From assembly GCA_963768425.1 (NCBI GenBank), contig CAVYHV010000030.1:64001-128000 (forward strand): a DNA stretch of 64,000 nucleotides, read 5' to 3'. The notes under the pieces were generated by a model that was given only the letters and a program-made list of their open reading frames with translations, was not told the DNA's origin and did not search any database. A program made the position numbers and the translations under genes. This DNA is from Candidatus Bathyarchaeota archaeon. Lineage in GTDB: Archaea; Thermoproteota; Bathyarchaeia; Bathyarchaeales; Bathycorpusculaceae. The number at the start of each line of letters is the position of its first letter. The stretch's first letter is position 1. Below, in pieces: positions 52,994 through 62,197 of the stretch.

Positions 52994-53043
52994 ATAAAAG
53001 GCTATTCGTAAAAGTTTCTTGACTGGGTTTAGTCAAAGTTTCT
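52994..53043 (-). promoter_or_regulatory. Triple-box repeat + TATA, copy 5 (inverted; first box displaced to 54327-54331 by the IS)
   Basis: Minus strand AGAAACTTTGACT-aaaccc-AGTCAAGAAAC-TTTTACGAATAGCCTTTTAT; the tail is identical to copy 1. Confidence 0.88.
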
Positions 53044-53099
53044 CTTATGTAAGGAAACGATCGAAGGCCAAACCAAACAGACTTCCGACTACCTTTCTA

Positions 53100-53267
53100 C
53101 TTCACCCATCCACACTTAAATTTCTTTCACCAATGTATTTCAGACAACATTCTCTTATCAGCGAACAAAGTCGCACTACGGCTTCAGCTAACAGCCAAGG
53201 AAAACTCCATTCTTGACCAAGCAGATAAACTGCAGCAAACTTTAGAAGACATCCCAAGCTGCCCGTC
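53100..53267 (-). ncRNA. Putative bridge/seek RNA (ends approximate)
   Basis: Two guide-hairpin-guide loops, one matching the target repeat and one matching the IS end junction (see findings). Confidence 0.78.
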
Positions 53268-54257
53268 CTACTTTACCGTGAAATCCCGCTCATAAGTCCA
53301 AACAGCCCAAACCACATTCACCAACTTACGAGCAACAATCTTAATCGCATCCTTGCTATTGCCTTTCCTAACACAAGCATCTCTAAACACAGCCGCCAAA
53401 TGACCCTCTGGACAAAACCTAACATGAGACCAAGCAGACTCAATAAAAATACACTTAAGCCAACAATCACCCCTCGCTTCTTTTCCAGCAAACGAATGCT
53501 CACCAGACTGACTCACCCTCGGCACCAACCCAGCATAATGCGCCAACTTCTCAGCACTGCTAAATCGTTTAATATCGCAAATCTCCGCATACAACGTCAA
53601 AGCCGACAAAAAACCAATTCCTGGTATGGTCATAAGCAGCTCAACAGGCTTAATCTTTCCATATTTCCTTCTCAGCATGGCTTCAATTTTCTTAGTCTGC
53701 TCAGCCATAACATCCAACAGTTCAAGGTTCTGCTCAACCTCAAAAACGCCAAGATCAGAAGCTTCCCTTCTTCCCTTCAAAGTCCCCAAATTAACATCAA
53801 GACTAATATCTCGCTTCCTAAACTCGGAGCGGGTCCTATTCTTAACACTTGTAGACAACTTTGTTCTATACGACCGATGTCTTAGCAGGTTCCTAAGCCA
53901 CCGCAACTCGCTGGGAGGAACATAACAGGTTGGCAACCAATTCATCCTCACTAAATCAGCCAACAACTTACTATCCACACGATCAGTTTTAACATCTTCT
54001 GCACGATATTTCACTTTCACCGGATTCGCCAGCAAAGGCTCAAACTCTAATTCATCCAAAAAATCAATCCAAGGCCAACAAAAACCAACCGATTCCAACG
54101 CCACCTTACTGCCTTTAGGAACATTCTCTAAAGACGTTCGCAATTCAGCTCTACTTGTCTTAATTCTCTCTGTTTTTACTATCTCACCATTCACTTTCAT
54201 TATTGTTACCTGAGTATTCTTCAGGTGAACATCCAAACCAACCACCACATCGCTCAA
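53268..54257 (-). CDS. IS110-family DEDD recombinase/transposase
   Basis: VGLDVH, ALES, KTDRVDS, TIPGIG, YAGLVP..SQSG, ARKL. Confidence 0.95.
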   Translation of the reverse strand: MSDVVVGLDVHLKNTQVTIMKVNGEIVKTERIKTSRAELRTSLENVPKGSKVALESVGFCWPWIDFLDELEFEPLLANPVKVKYRAEDVKTDRVDSKLLADLVRMNWLPTCYVPPSELRWLRNLLRHRSYRTKLSTSVKNRTRSEFRKRDISLDVNLGTLKGRREASDLGVFEVEQNLELLDVMAEQTKKIEAMLRRKYGKIKPVELLMTIPGIGFLSALTLYAEICDIKRFSSAEKLAHYAGLVPRVSQSGEHSFAGKEARGDCWLKCIFIESAWSHVRFCPEGHLAAVFRDACVRKGNSKDAIKIVARKLVNVVWAVWTYERDFTVK

Positions 54258-54425
54258 CTTCTCCTACCTCCGATATCACTACTGGCTTATCGGAGGTCTA
54301 CTTAGAAAATCCTTTACATCCCGTCTTGACCAAGATTAGTTTATTTCTACTATCAGATTCAAGACTTTCGAATAAATTATGTTTCAACAAATGGATAGAT
54401 TTCTTTTTGCGAAATGCAAAAAACG

Positions 54426-54471
54426 TTAGTTGAAATTGGAATGCGTGAGTTTGAAATCCTTAACTATCACT
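54426..54471 (+). repeat. att site 4 with conserved upstream arm
   Basis: ttagttgaaattggaatgcgtgagtttgaaatccttaactat aligns with ttagttaaaattggattttattagttttaaatctttaactat before site 3; followed by cact as in site 1. Confidence 0.8.
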
Positions 54472-54639
54472 GTCTACGTCTATCTCAAGGTGGATAACGT
54501 TTCTCGATTGACTGTTTGGTGTGGTTTTATCCTCTGCTTTTGATGTGGTTTGTCTAAGATGAAAGACTGTTCTGCTTGCGGAACACTTTGTTCTTCTGGG
54601 AGAGCTAAAAGGCGCTCCTTCGTATTTTCTTAATGTGGG

Positions 54640-55338
54640 GTGTTTCGCCTGAAAAGAAAAATTGTGGCATTAACGCTTCTTACATTAATTGCTTTAGCAT
54701 TTAGCGGAGTTAATTTATCTAATCAGCAAAAAGGGCTTTTTTCCACAACCTTAGGTTTGCAGCCTACCGCTTTTCCTTCACCTTCCCCTGAACTTACACC
54801 TGTTGTAACTCTTGCACCGCCAGAACCAACTGTTTCTTTTACTCTTTGGCATACAAATTCACCTGTTATCCAGCCACCGGCAAAACAACTTGCACATATA
54901 CCTCCAATCTGCGAAATAGCATCTCCCCAAAATCAAACGGTATTGCAAACAAACAACTTTACGCTAAACGTAAACGTAGCTTCGTACTTTTGGATAATTA
55001 ACAGTGTTTATTACGAAGCAGATTGGATTGAGGGAATTCACCAAATATTCGGCATCCAGCCAAATGGTATTGACGCACTTAATGCTTCAATAACTGTAAA
55101 CTTTAGTGAAATCCCTGATGGAAACCACACATTAACGGTCTACGCTAACACTCATGACGGTTCCCATAGTTTTGCCACTGTAACCTTCTTAACTGAGAGT
55201 TATCCACCAAGCTTAACTAAGTCAGAGCCTTTTCCAACCCTAACTGTTGCCGCTTCTTCAGCAGCATCAGTAATGGTTGTGATTGCTGGTTTGTTAGTTT
55301 ATCGCGAACGACACAAAAGTTCAAAAAAGTCAAGTTGA
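54640..55338 (+). CDS. Exported protein with Ig-like domain and C-terminal EPFP-TM anchor
   Basis: Signal peptide, P/T linker, I.SPQN, IPDGNHTLTVYA, EPFPT-TM-basic tail. Confidence 0.8.
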   Translation: MFRLKRKIVALTLLTLIALAFSGVNLSNQQKGLFSTTLGLQPTAFPSPSPELTPVVTLAPPEPTVSFTLWHTNSPVIQPPAKQLAHIPPICEIASPQNQTVLQTNNFTLNVNVASYFWIINSVYYEADWIEGIHQIFGIQPNGIDALNASITVNFSEIPDGNHTLTVYANTHDGSHSFATVTFLTESYPPSLTKSEPFPTLTVAASSAASVMVVIAGLLVYRERHKSSKKSS

Positions 55339-55411
55339 CAGCTTCAGCGCCAAAGGCATCCTAAGCGCGATCGGCACTTTCTAAGCAACACTGGGGCAAC
55401 CAAGGCATTGG

Positions 55412-55428
55412 TTAAAATCTTTAACTAT
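55412..55428 (+). repeat. att site 5 (right boundary); also a plausible BRE/TATA for AMP phosphorylase
   Basis: Identical to 32015-32031; ends 34 nt before the ATG. Confidence 0.85.
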
Positions 55429-55462
55429 TCCTAAATCTAATCAGTTTAGAGAGTGATTACTC

Positions 55463-57007
55463 ATGGAGTTAAAGGTTGAACTCTTACCCATACTTACAGG
55501 CGGAAGCAGAATCGCCATCCTCAGCGAAGGAAGCGCCGACTCTTTGGGCGTGCACAGCTCCGACAGAATACGAATAAAATATGGCAACCAAGAAATAATT
55601 GCCATCGCGAACATCGCTGAATATTTTTCGAATAAGCGCATAGGGCTCTACGATGAAACCGCCAAAGTCCTCGGTGTGAAAGAGGACGAAACTGTTTCGG
55701 TGCAGTTGGCTCCTCTTCCTGAGTCGCTTTTCATGGTGAGGGCTAAACTTCATGGGGAACGTTTACGCGAAAAAGACGTCGTTACCATCGTCAAGGACGT
55801 TGTTGAACGGCATTTGAGTAACGCGGAAATATCAGCGTTTTTAACTGCCCTTAGCATCCATGGGCTGAGTGCAAGCGAGAACGAGGCGCTGTCGAGGGCG
55901 ATGGTTGCAACGGGTAAAACTTTAAACTTCGGCGAAGGGCCCATCCTTGACAAGCACAGCGTCGGCGGGATACCGGGGGACAAAACGTCCATGCTGGTCG
56001 TGCCCATCATAGCCGCTGCAGGGTACACGATTCCTAAAACTTCTTCAAGGGCAATAACTTCTCCCGCTGGAACTGCGGACAGAGTCGAAACCCTCTGCCC
56101 AGTTAACCTTTGCATAGAGGAGATTAAGAAGACGGTGGCAAAGACAGGCGGCTGCTTGGTTTGGGGCGGCGCCTTGGAGCTTGCGCCAGCCGACGACCTC
56201 TTCATCCAAGTCGAGTACCCCCTTGGAATTGACCCTATGCTACTGCCTTCGATTCTCAGCAAGAAAAAAGCAATGGGAGCAACCCACGTGGCCATCGACA
56301 TCCCCACAGGCATGGGCGCCAAAATCAAAACCCGAACAGAAGCTTACACCTTAGCTTCAGACTTTGTGGATTTAGGCAAACGTTTGGGCTTGAACATTCA
56401 ATGCGCTTTGACTTTCGGCGACCAACCATTGGGCTGCGGCATTGGACCCGCATTGGAAGCAAGAGAAGCATTAGCGACTCTTATGGGCGGCGGACCAGCC
56501 GATCTGCGCGATAAAGCCGTAAGCCTCGCAGGAATGCTTTTCGAGATGGTTGGAGCAGAGAACGGCCGAGCCAAAGCTGAAGAAATGATTGACTCAGGCA
56601 AGGCGGAGGCAAAGATGCGGGAAATCATCGCTGTCCAAGGCGGAAACCCTAAGGTGCAGCCCGACGACCTTCCAGTAGGCTGCGAACACTTTGAGGTGAA
56701 GTCTGACCGGGCGGGAAAAGTCATTTGGCTCAGCACCGACAACATCGTGCGCATCGCAAGGGAAGCTGGCGCACCCAAGGAGAAAGGCGCAGGCATGATT
56801 CTACATGCCAAACTCGGCGACACGGTGCATAAAGACAGCGTGTTATTTGAAATCTATGCAGACCGAAGCAGCAAGTTGACGTCGGCGCTGGAGCTTGCAA
56901 AGCAGCTACCCCCCATCGTGTTAACCAACAAGCCCGCGGAAAAAATGATTCTGGACCAGGTGCCTGAGAAGCTTGCACACGAAAAGACATTCAGCTTAGA
57001 CAGGTAA
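55463..57007 (+). CDS. deoA: AMP phosphorylase
   Basis: N-terminal extension, DKHSVGGIPGDKT, IPKTSSRAITSPAGTAD, SKKKAMG, DIPTG.GAK, AGAPKEKGAG. Confidence 0.95.
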   Translation: MELKVELLPILTGGSRIAILSEGSADSLGVHSSDRIRIKYGNQEIIAIANIAEYFSNKRIGLYDETAKVLGVKEDETVSVQLAPLPESLFMVRAKLHGERLREKDVVTIVKDVVERHLSNAEISAFLTALSIHGLSASENEALSRAMVATGKTLNFGEGPILDKHSVGGIPGDKTSMLVVPIIAAAGYTIPKTSSRAITSPAGTADRVETLCPVNLCIEEIKKTVAKTGGCLVWGGALELAPADDLFIQVEYPLGIDPMLLPSILSKKKAMGATHVAIDIPTGMGAKIKTRTEAYTLASDFVDLGKRLGLNIQCALTFGDQPLGCGIGPALEAREALATLMGGGPADLRDKAVSLAGMLFEMVGAENGRAKAEEMIDSGKAEAKMREIIAVQGGNPKVQPDDLPVGCEHFEVKSDRAGKVIWLSTDNIVRIAREAGAPKEKGAGMILHAKLGDTVHKDSVLFEIYADRSSKLTSALELAKQLPPIVLTNKPAEKMILDQVPEKLAHEKTFSLDR

Positions 57008-57014
57008 AGCAACC

Positions 57015-57694
57015 TTGACACATAAGCCTATGATGTCGGAAGATGAAGCCCGAAAAAGACTTGATTGGCAAAACGGAGTTTACGAGATGCATCTGAAATG
57101 CAAAGAACCTGTTTCAATGAATTTCCTTGGTAAAACAATTGAAATCCCACCAAATGTTTTTTCCCCTGTACCGTGGGAACACAATCTATTGGCTAAAGCC
57201 GTTCTAAAAGAAGTAAGAGAAACAGATAGAGTTTTAGACCTGGGGACGGGAAGCGGCGTTCAGTCAATCCTCGCAGCCTCAAAATCATCTAATGTAACTG
57301 CGGTAGACGTAAATCCATTCGCGGTAGAATGCGCCAAAGCGAATGTCAACCTCAACAAATTGTCCTCGCGGATAACAGTTAAAGAAAGTGACTTATTTGA
57401 AAACGTTAAAGGAAAGTTTGACCTAATAATTTTTGACCCGCCGTTCAGATGGTTTGAACCGAGAGACATTGGGAAGGAAGCAGCGCAGACAAAGAATACC
57501 GCACTCTGAGGCTTTTCTTTGAAAAAGCAGAAAAATATTTGAACGATAAAGGAAGAATACTGATGGCTTTTGGGACGTCAGGGGACATCGTATACTTCAA
57601 ACATCTCATCAGAAAATATGGGTTTAGAAGACGGCAAATACTCAAAGAAAACAGAGTAGGCTGGACTTATTTTACCTATAGATTAACCCTTTAG
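57015..57694 (+). CDS. Class I SAM-dependent methyltransferase (HemK-like), frameshifted near 57470
   Basis: VLDLGTGSG, AVDVN, FDLIIFDPPF. Confidence 0.8.
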
Positions 57695-57946
57695 CCACAT
57701 CATGTCAACTAAGATTTGACTAAGCTGTCGCCAGATGCTGGGCAACTTAACAATATCGCCAAGAGCTTGGAGACCCGCTTCATCTGATCAAATTTGGGGA
57801 TAAGCAAGCGCAAGGATGTTTATTTGGAATCCATAAGGTATTTTTTGCAGGTTGATATGCGTTAATTTTAATAAAGGGATGGTGCAAGTATCCATAAAAG
57901 TAGGACAGAGCGCAGGAAAAAACAAATAGAGGGTAGTTTCTGAGAT

Positions 57947-58634
57947 TTGACTAAGCGCCAAGCTGTTTGGGTAATGACTAAAAAAGTATTCAGTCTAACC
58001 CTGATTCTAAACGCACTCATAACGATAACCACGTTGGCGGGTATCCTATACGGTTTCTATTTTGCTTGGCCCGGATGGAGACCCTATTTCCCAAATCTAA
58101 TCAGCGGCAACATCTTCATCATGGCAGTCATAGCTTCGTTCATCAATATTTTCCCAAGTGCAAGCATCGGAAGGAACTTCATACTGGTCGATTCCTATTC
58201 CACCATTACGTCTACGGTTTCTTCGTACTATTCACTTCCAGCCATCTACGTTATAGCTTTCACTTCAGTATCTTTAGTGATGCTGTTCCTTGTGAACTCA
58301 TCAAACATGGCGGTTAACACAGGAAGATTTTTCCTCTTAACTGGGTTAACTTTGGTTCTCGACGATCTGCCCGATGTTTCAAAAGAGTCGAATCGACCCT
58401 TAACAAAATAAAATCGCAGGCTTGCCGAATACGTAGTGTTTTCATTGGCCTGCAGTTCCTAACAGGTGCCGTCACTTTCTACTAGCTCATCGCCATCCTA
58501 TCTTCAAGTTCATGCATCCATCCACAAACATAGCCAACTACTTGACAATGGGCACACTGCTGGTGACAAGCCTCACATCGTTTGCCTGCGCTAAAAGAAA
58601 ATCATTGGCTTAAAATCACTCCGCCCGACCCTAA
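57947..58634 (+). CDS. Hypothetical membrane protein, several frameshifts
   Basis: Hydrophobic segments alternate between frames (LHTGRFLFHHYVYG; LDDLPD). Confidence 0.5.
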
Positions 58635-58647
58635 CGCGAGCCCATCA

Positions 58648-59359
58648 TTAGTTTTTCTGCTTTAGGATTTCTTTTCCAATCGTTTTCGAGCTGCTGCCGA
58701 CTGTAATGTAAGTGCTTTTTTTGGGTAATGTGGTTGGCAACTGGGGAAGCTTGAGAACCGGAACGGTGGGGTTGTTCAGACGCAGGTCGCGTGCCGGTTT
58801 GTGAAGACAACTATTCCTTCAACCCAGAATCCGTTCAGCTTCAAAGACGGGGAAGAGTCAATTATGTGTCTTATTTTGGCAGCGTTCCGTTTTACTTGCA
58901 AGCTTGGGCTGCTCTTGAAGTTGGGTTTACCTGCCCTTTGCCACACGTCGCCATGGCACGTTATCTCGCCGTTCCAGTTCTTAGTCTCTAAAACGAAAAC
59001 GCCGTTTGGGCCTAAAACGATGTGGTCAATGTCTCCGCTGCTGTTGCGCAGATGTATGTCGTTTAAGAGGAGATATTCGTCGCTCAGGCTGCGGCTTAGC
59101 AGTTTGCTTACTTGTTGTTCGCCTGCCCAGCCGCCGTTGTAAATTCGGTACTTGCGCAGATAATAATAAAATGCGACTAACGGTGCAAGGGAAACAAGCA
59201 GTCCGACAAGGTCAAGAATAACCGAGGTCCAGGCGAAAACTACGCTTAAAGCCACAGCGAGATGATTAGGCGGAACAAGAAAAAGCAAAAAGTCGCTTTA
59301 GCCAGGTTCTTTCTAACTTGATTCTTCAGGTAGCTTCCTGAACCCTTCATCTTTCTCAT
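58648..59359 (-). CDS. NERD nuclease-related domain membrane protein (frameshifted ends)
   Basis: GWAGE..V, DIDHIVLGPNGVFVLETKNW.G, SP..QV. Confidence 0.8.
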
Positions 59360-59404
59360 GAATCAATCACTGAGACCTTTTCGTCTTGATGCTATATTAC
59401 CTTA

Positions 59405-60700
59405 ATGCATCTTGTGATTGTCACTCACTTAAAAGAAGACAAATCTTCATGGCATTTGAGTACAATTAGCAATCTTTATAATGCGCTTATATTCAATGAA
59501 GCAAGCATGACTGTTGAAAAGGAAAAAACTGCCCATGGAAAGCTTCTTCTTCCCGCTTTAGGACTTGCAGTCTTTTCTGCTTGGCTTGTCACAGTCACTT
59601 TTGAGCTTCTCCTGATCAATATCGCCAACTCATTTCACGTTCAAGTGGGAACCGCGGGTCTTGTCGCCGCAGTTGGTTCCATGTCCGGTATCGCCGCTGG
59701 GCTGCTGTTATCTGTCATAAGCATGCGTTTCAACCACAAAATACTTTTAATGATTGGATTAGCTTGCACCGGTTTGGCAGCGGTAAACTTTTTCTTAGCA
59801 TCCACATTCGCTTGGTTATTAGCCACTAACATTGCGGTGGGAGCCGGAATAGCGTTTGCTACTTCAATGGCTTACTCGTTGATCGGGGATTTCTATCCGC
59901 TGGAAAAAAGAGGCAGAGCAATCGGCTGGATTGTCGCGTCCACAGCAATGGCGTACATCGTCGGGACTCCGATAATAGGTGTGATTGCCGGCATCAGCGG
60001 TTGGCGGGCGGTCATGATTCTTTTTGCGTTGCCAGTTCCTTTGGCAGGTCTGGTATTATCTTTTGTTGCGATTCCAAGCAAGTCAAATCAAGAAGTAGCT
60101 GCAACTAAAAGGGAACCCTTTTTGGAAGGTTGCAAACAGGCGGTCACGAACAGATCAGCGGTCGCCGCTTTATTCGTTACTATGTTCAGTATGGCTGAAG
60201 GATCCATTAGCTTCTACGCTATCTCATATTTCAGGTCTCAATTTGCGATTACTATCGCAGTGGGTTCCATCGTGATGTTGGTCGGCAACATTTTGTCGGC
60301 TGGAGGCGGGGTCGTCGCTGGTCTATTTGTCAATCGGGTAGGTCGCAAGACTCTTGGAACATTTACTTGCTTGTTCGCGGCTTTGCTTACTTTGTCTTTC
60401 ACTTTCATGCCTACATTCAACTTGTCGTGGGGGTTGACTGCTCTTCGTTTTTGGTTCTCTGGAATGTCACTTACTGCAGGAAGCTGTTTAGTTATTGAAC
60501 AGCTTCCCAGATTCCGAGGAACCATGATGTCCCTAAACACAACCTTCATGAACCTAGGCATGCTCTTGGCATCTTTCGCCGCAGCCTTTGCCCTCGACCT
60601 CTATAATTATCAAACGTTGGCTTTGATTCTCGGAGGCTTAGGCATAGTAGGCACAGTCATCTGGGTTGCACTGGTCAGGGACCCATGTAAAGCTCAGTAA
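59405..60700 (+). CDS. MFS transporter (likely start 59507)
   Basis: About 12 TM, EKRGRAIG, NRVGRK, RFRGTMMS. Confidence 0.88.
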   Translation: MHLVIVTHLKEDKSSWHLSTISNLYNALIFNEASMTVEKEKTAHGKLLLPALGLAVFSAWLVTVTFELLLINIANSFHVQVGTAGLVAAVGSMSGIAAGLLLSVISMRFNHKILLMIGLACTGLAAVNFFLASTFAWLLATNIAVGAGIAFATSMAYSLIGDFYPLEKRGRAIGWIVASTAMAYIVGTPIIGVIAGISGWRAVMILFALPVPLAGLVLSFVAIPSKSNQEVAATKREPFLEGCKQAVTNRSAVAALFVTMFSMAEGSISFYAISYFRSQFAITIAVGSIVMLVGNILSAGGGVVAGLFVNRVGRKTLGTFTCLFAALLTLSFTFMPTFNLSWGLTALRFWFSGMSLTAGSCLVIEQLPRFRGTMMSLNTTFMNLGMLLASFAAAFALDLYNYQTLALILGGLGIVGTVIWVALVRDPCKAQ

Positions 60701-60772
60701 AAACCTCAAACAAAAAAGTCTGAGTTAAAATAAAAAATATTGTTGCCTCAAAAGAGGCGGTGGTTTGTTGAG

Positions 60773-62197
60773 TTATTTCTTGTTCATCAGGTACTCATGC
60801 ATTGCTTTTGCTGCGCGTTTGCCTGCGCCCATTGCGCTGATGACTGTTGCTGCGCCTGTTGCAACGTCTCCGCCTGCGTAGACTCCGTCTAAGCTGGTTT
60901 TGCCTACTTCGTTAACGCAGATTGTTCCGTGTCTCGGGTCGCTTTGCAGTCCATCTGTGGTTCGCTGGATAATTGGGTTAGGTGTCTGACCGATGGCGAT
61001 GATTACTGTGTCAACGTCCATTGTGAACTCTGAGCCTGGGACTTCTTTTACTCCGCGTCTGCCTTTTGCGTCAGGTTCGGTTAGCTCCATCGCTATGCAT
61101 TTCATGCTTTTGACCCAGCCGCTTTCGTCTCCGTAGAATTCGACTGGCGCACCGAGAAACTTGCAGACCAATCCTTCTTCTTCGGCATTTTCGACTTCTT
61201 CGTGTCTTGCGGGCAACTCAGCACGTGAACGTCTATAGAGTAAGCAAACTTCTGCGCCAAGGCGCATGCTGCTTCTTGCGCAGTCCATAGCTACGTTTCC
61301 GCCGCCGATGACAACCACGTGTTTGCCTATGCGTATTGGTGTATCGTAGTCTGGGAATTGAAATGCTTTCATTAGGTTAACGCGAATGAGGAACTCGTTA
61401 GCCGAGTATATTCCGCCTAGGTTCTCTCCGCCGCAGCCTGTGAACTGGGGTAAGCCTGCACCGCTACCGATGAATACTGCGTCGTAACCGTTTTTCATGA
61501 GTTCTGGGATGGTGTGGATTCTGCCGACGAGGTTGCCGAGGCGCAAGTCAACTCCGAGTTTCTGGATGTAGGATACTTCGTTTTGCACTATTGCTTTAGG
61601 TAAACGGAACTCTGGGATGCCATAAGATAATACTCCGCCGCCAACATGCAACGCTTCAAACATTGTGATTTCGTGACCAAGCTTTACAAGGTCAGCTGCT
61701 GCCGTTAAGCCGGCTGGACCCGCGCCTACAATCGCGACTTTTTTGCCTGTTGGTGCTTCTTTTGGGGGAAGTGCATAGCCATTATCTCTTTCCCAGTCTG
61801 CCAAGAACCGTTCTAAGCGTCCGATGCTGAGTGGTTCGCCCATTTTCCCGACGACACATTTACTTTGGCATTGTACTTCTTGGGGGCAAACACGTCCGCA
61901 GACAGCTGGCAATGCGTTCTTTGTCTTTATCAATAGAATTGCTTGATCGTACTTCTTTTCTCTGAGAAGTTTTATGAATCCTGGGATGGGGACTTCTACT
62001 GGACATCCAGTTGTACATTGGGGCTTAGGACACTGTAGACATCGGCTTGCTTCTTCTTGTGCTTCTGCTTCGTTGTAACCTAAAGCAACTTCGCTGAAGT
62101 TTTTAGCTCGAACTTTAGGTTCTTGCTTTGCCATTTCAACGGCTTTCTTGTTTAATTTTGGTTTAGGCTTAACTTCTGCCACACTTACAACCTCCAC
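60773..62197 (-). CDS. sudA: SudA/NfnB (GltD-like) NADPH-dependent flavoprotein
   Basis: RCLQC..CTTGCP, CGRVCPQE.QC, VGAGPAGL, YGIPEFRLPK, IGGGNVAMD, AGGD..GAATVI.AMGAG. Confidence 0.92.
   Translation of the reverse strand: MEVVSVAEVKPKPKLNKKAVEMAKQEPKVRAKNFSEVALGYNEAEAQEEASRCLQCPKPQCTTGCPVEVPIPGFIKLLREKKYDQAILLIKTKNALPAVCGRVCPQEVQCQSKCVVGKMGEPLSIGRLERFLADWERDNGYALPPKEAPTGKKVAIVGAGPAGLTAAADLVKLGHEITMFEALHVGGGVLSYGIPEFRLPKAIVQNEVSYIQKLGVDLRLGNLVGRIHTIPELMKNGYDAVFIGSGAGLPQFTGCGGENLGGIYSANEFLIRVNLMKAFQFPDYDTPIRIGKHVVVIGGGNVAMDCARSSMRLGAEVCLLYRRSRAELPARHEEVENAEEEGLVCKFLGAPVEFYGDESGWVKSMKCIAMELTEPDAKGRRGVKEVPGSEFTMDVDTVIIAIGQTPNPIIQRTTDGLQSDPRHGTICVNEVGKTSLDGVYAGGDVATGAATVISAMGAGKRAAKAMHEYLMNKK

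Larger units (their letters stand above)
53041..54326 (-). mobile_element. IS110-family (IS1111-like) insertion sequence
   Basis: TCT core at both ends (53041-53043, 54324-54326), imperfect subterminal IRs atgtaagga / tcctttacat; removing the element restores ggtcaagaaactttgact. Confidence 0.9.
32015..55428. mobile_element. Composite 23.4-kb island of tandemly integrated elements
   Basis: Perfect 17-bp direct repeat TTAAAATCTTTAACTAT at 32015-32031 and 55412-55428, internal copies at about 42940, 47300 and 54455, two tyrosine recombinases; separates AMP-pathway genes. Confidence 0.85.

Noticed and set aside
43486-53043. CRISPR array interpretation of the repeats
   Set aside because: Copies are separated by whole genes (0.7-4 kb), not 30-40-nt spacers, and no cas genes are present.
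57703-57730. Possible sixth triple-box copy (gtcaactaagatttgactaagctgtcg)
   Set aside because: Spacing is off, the third box is degenerate and there is no TATA at 19 nt.
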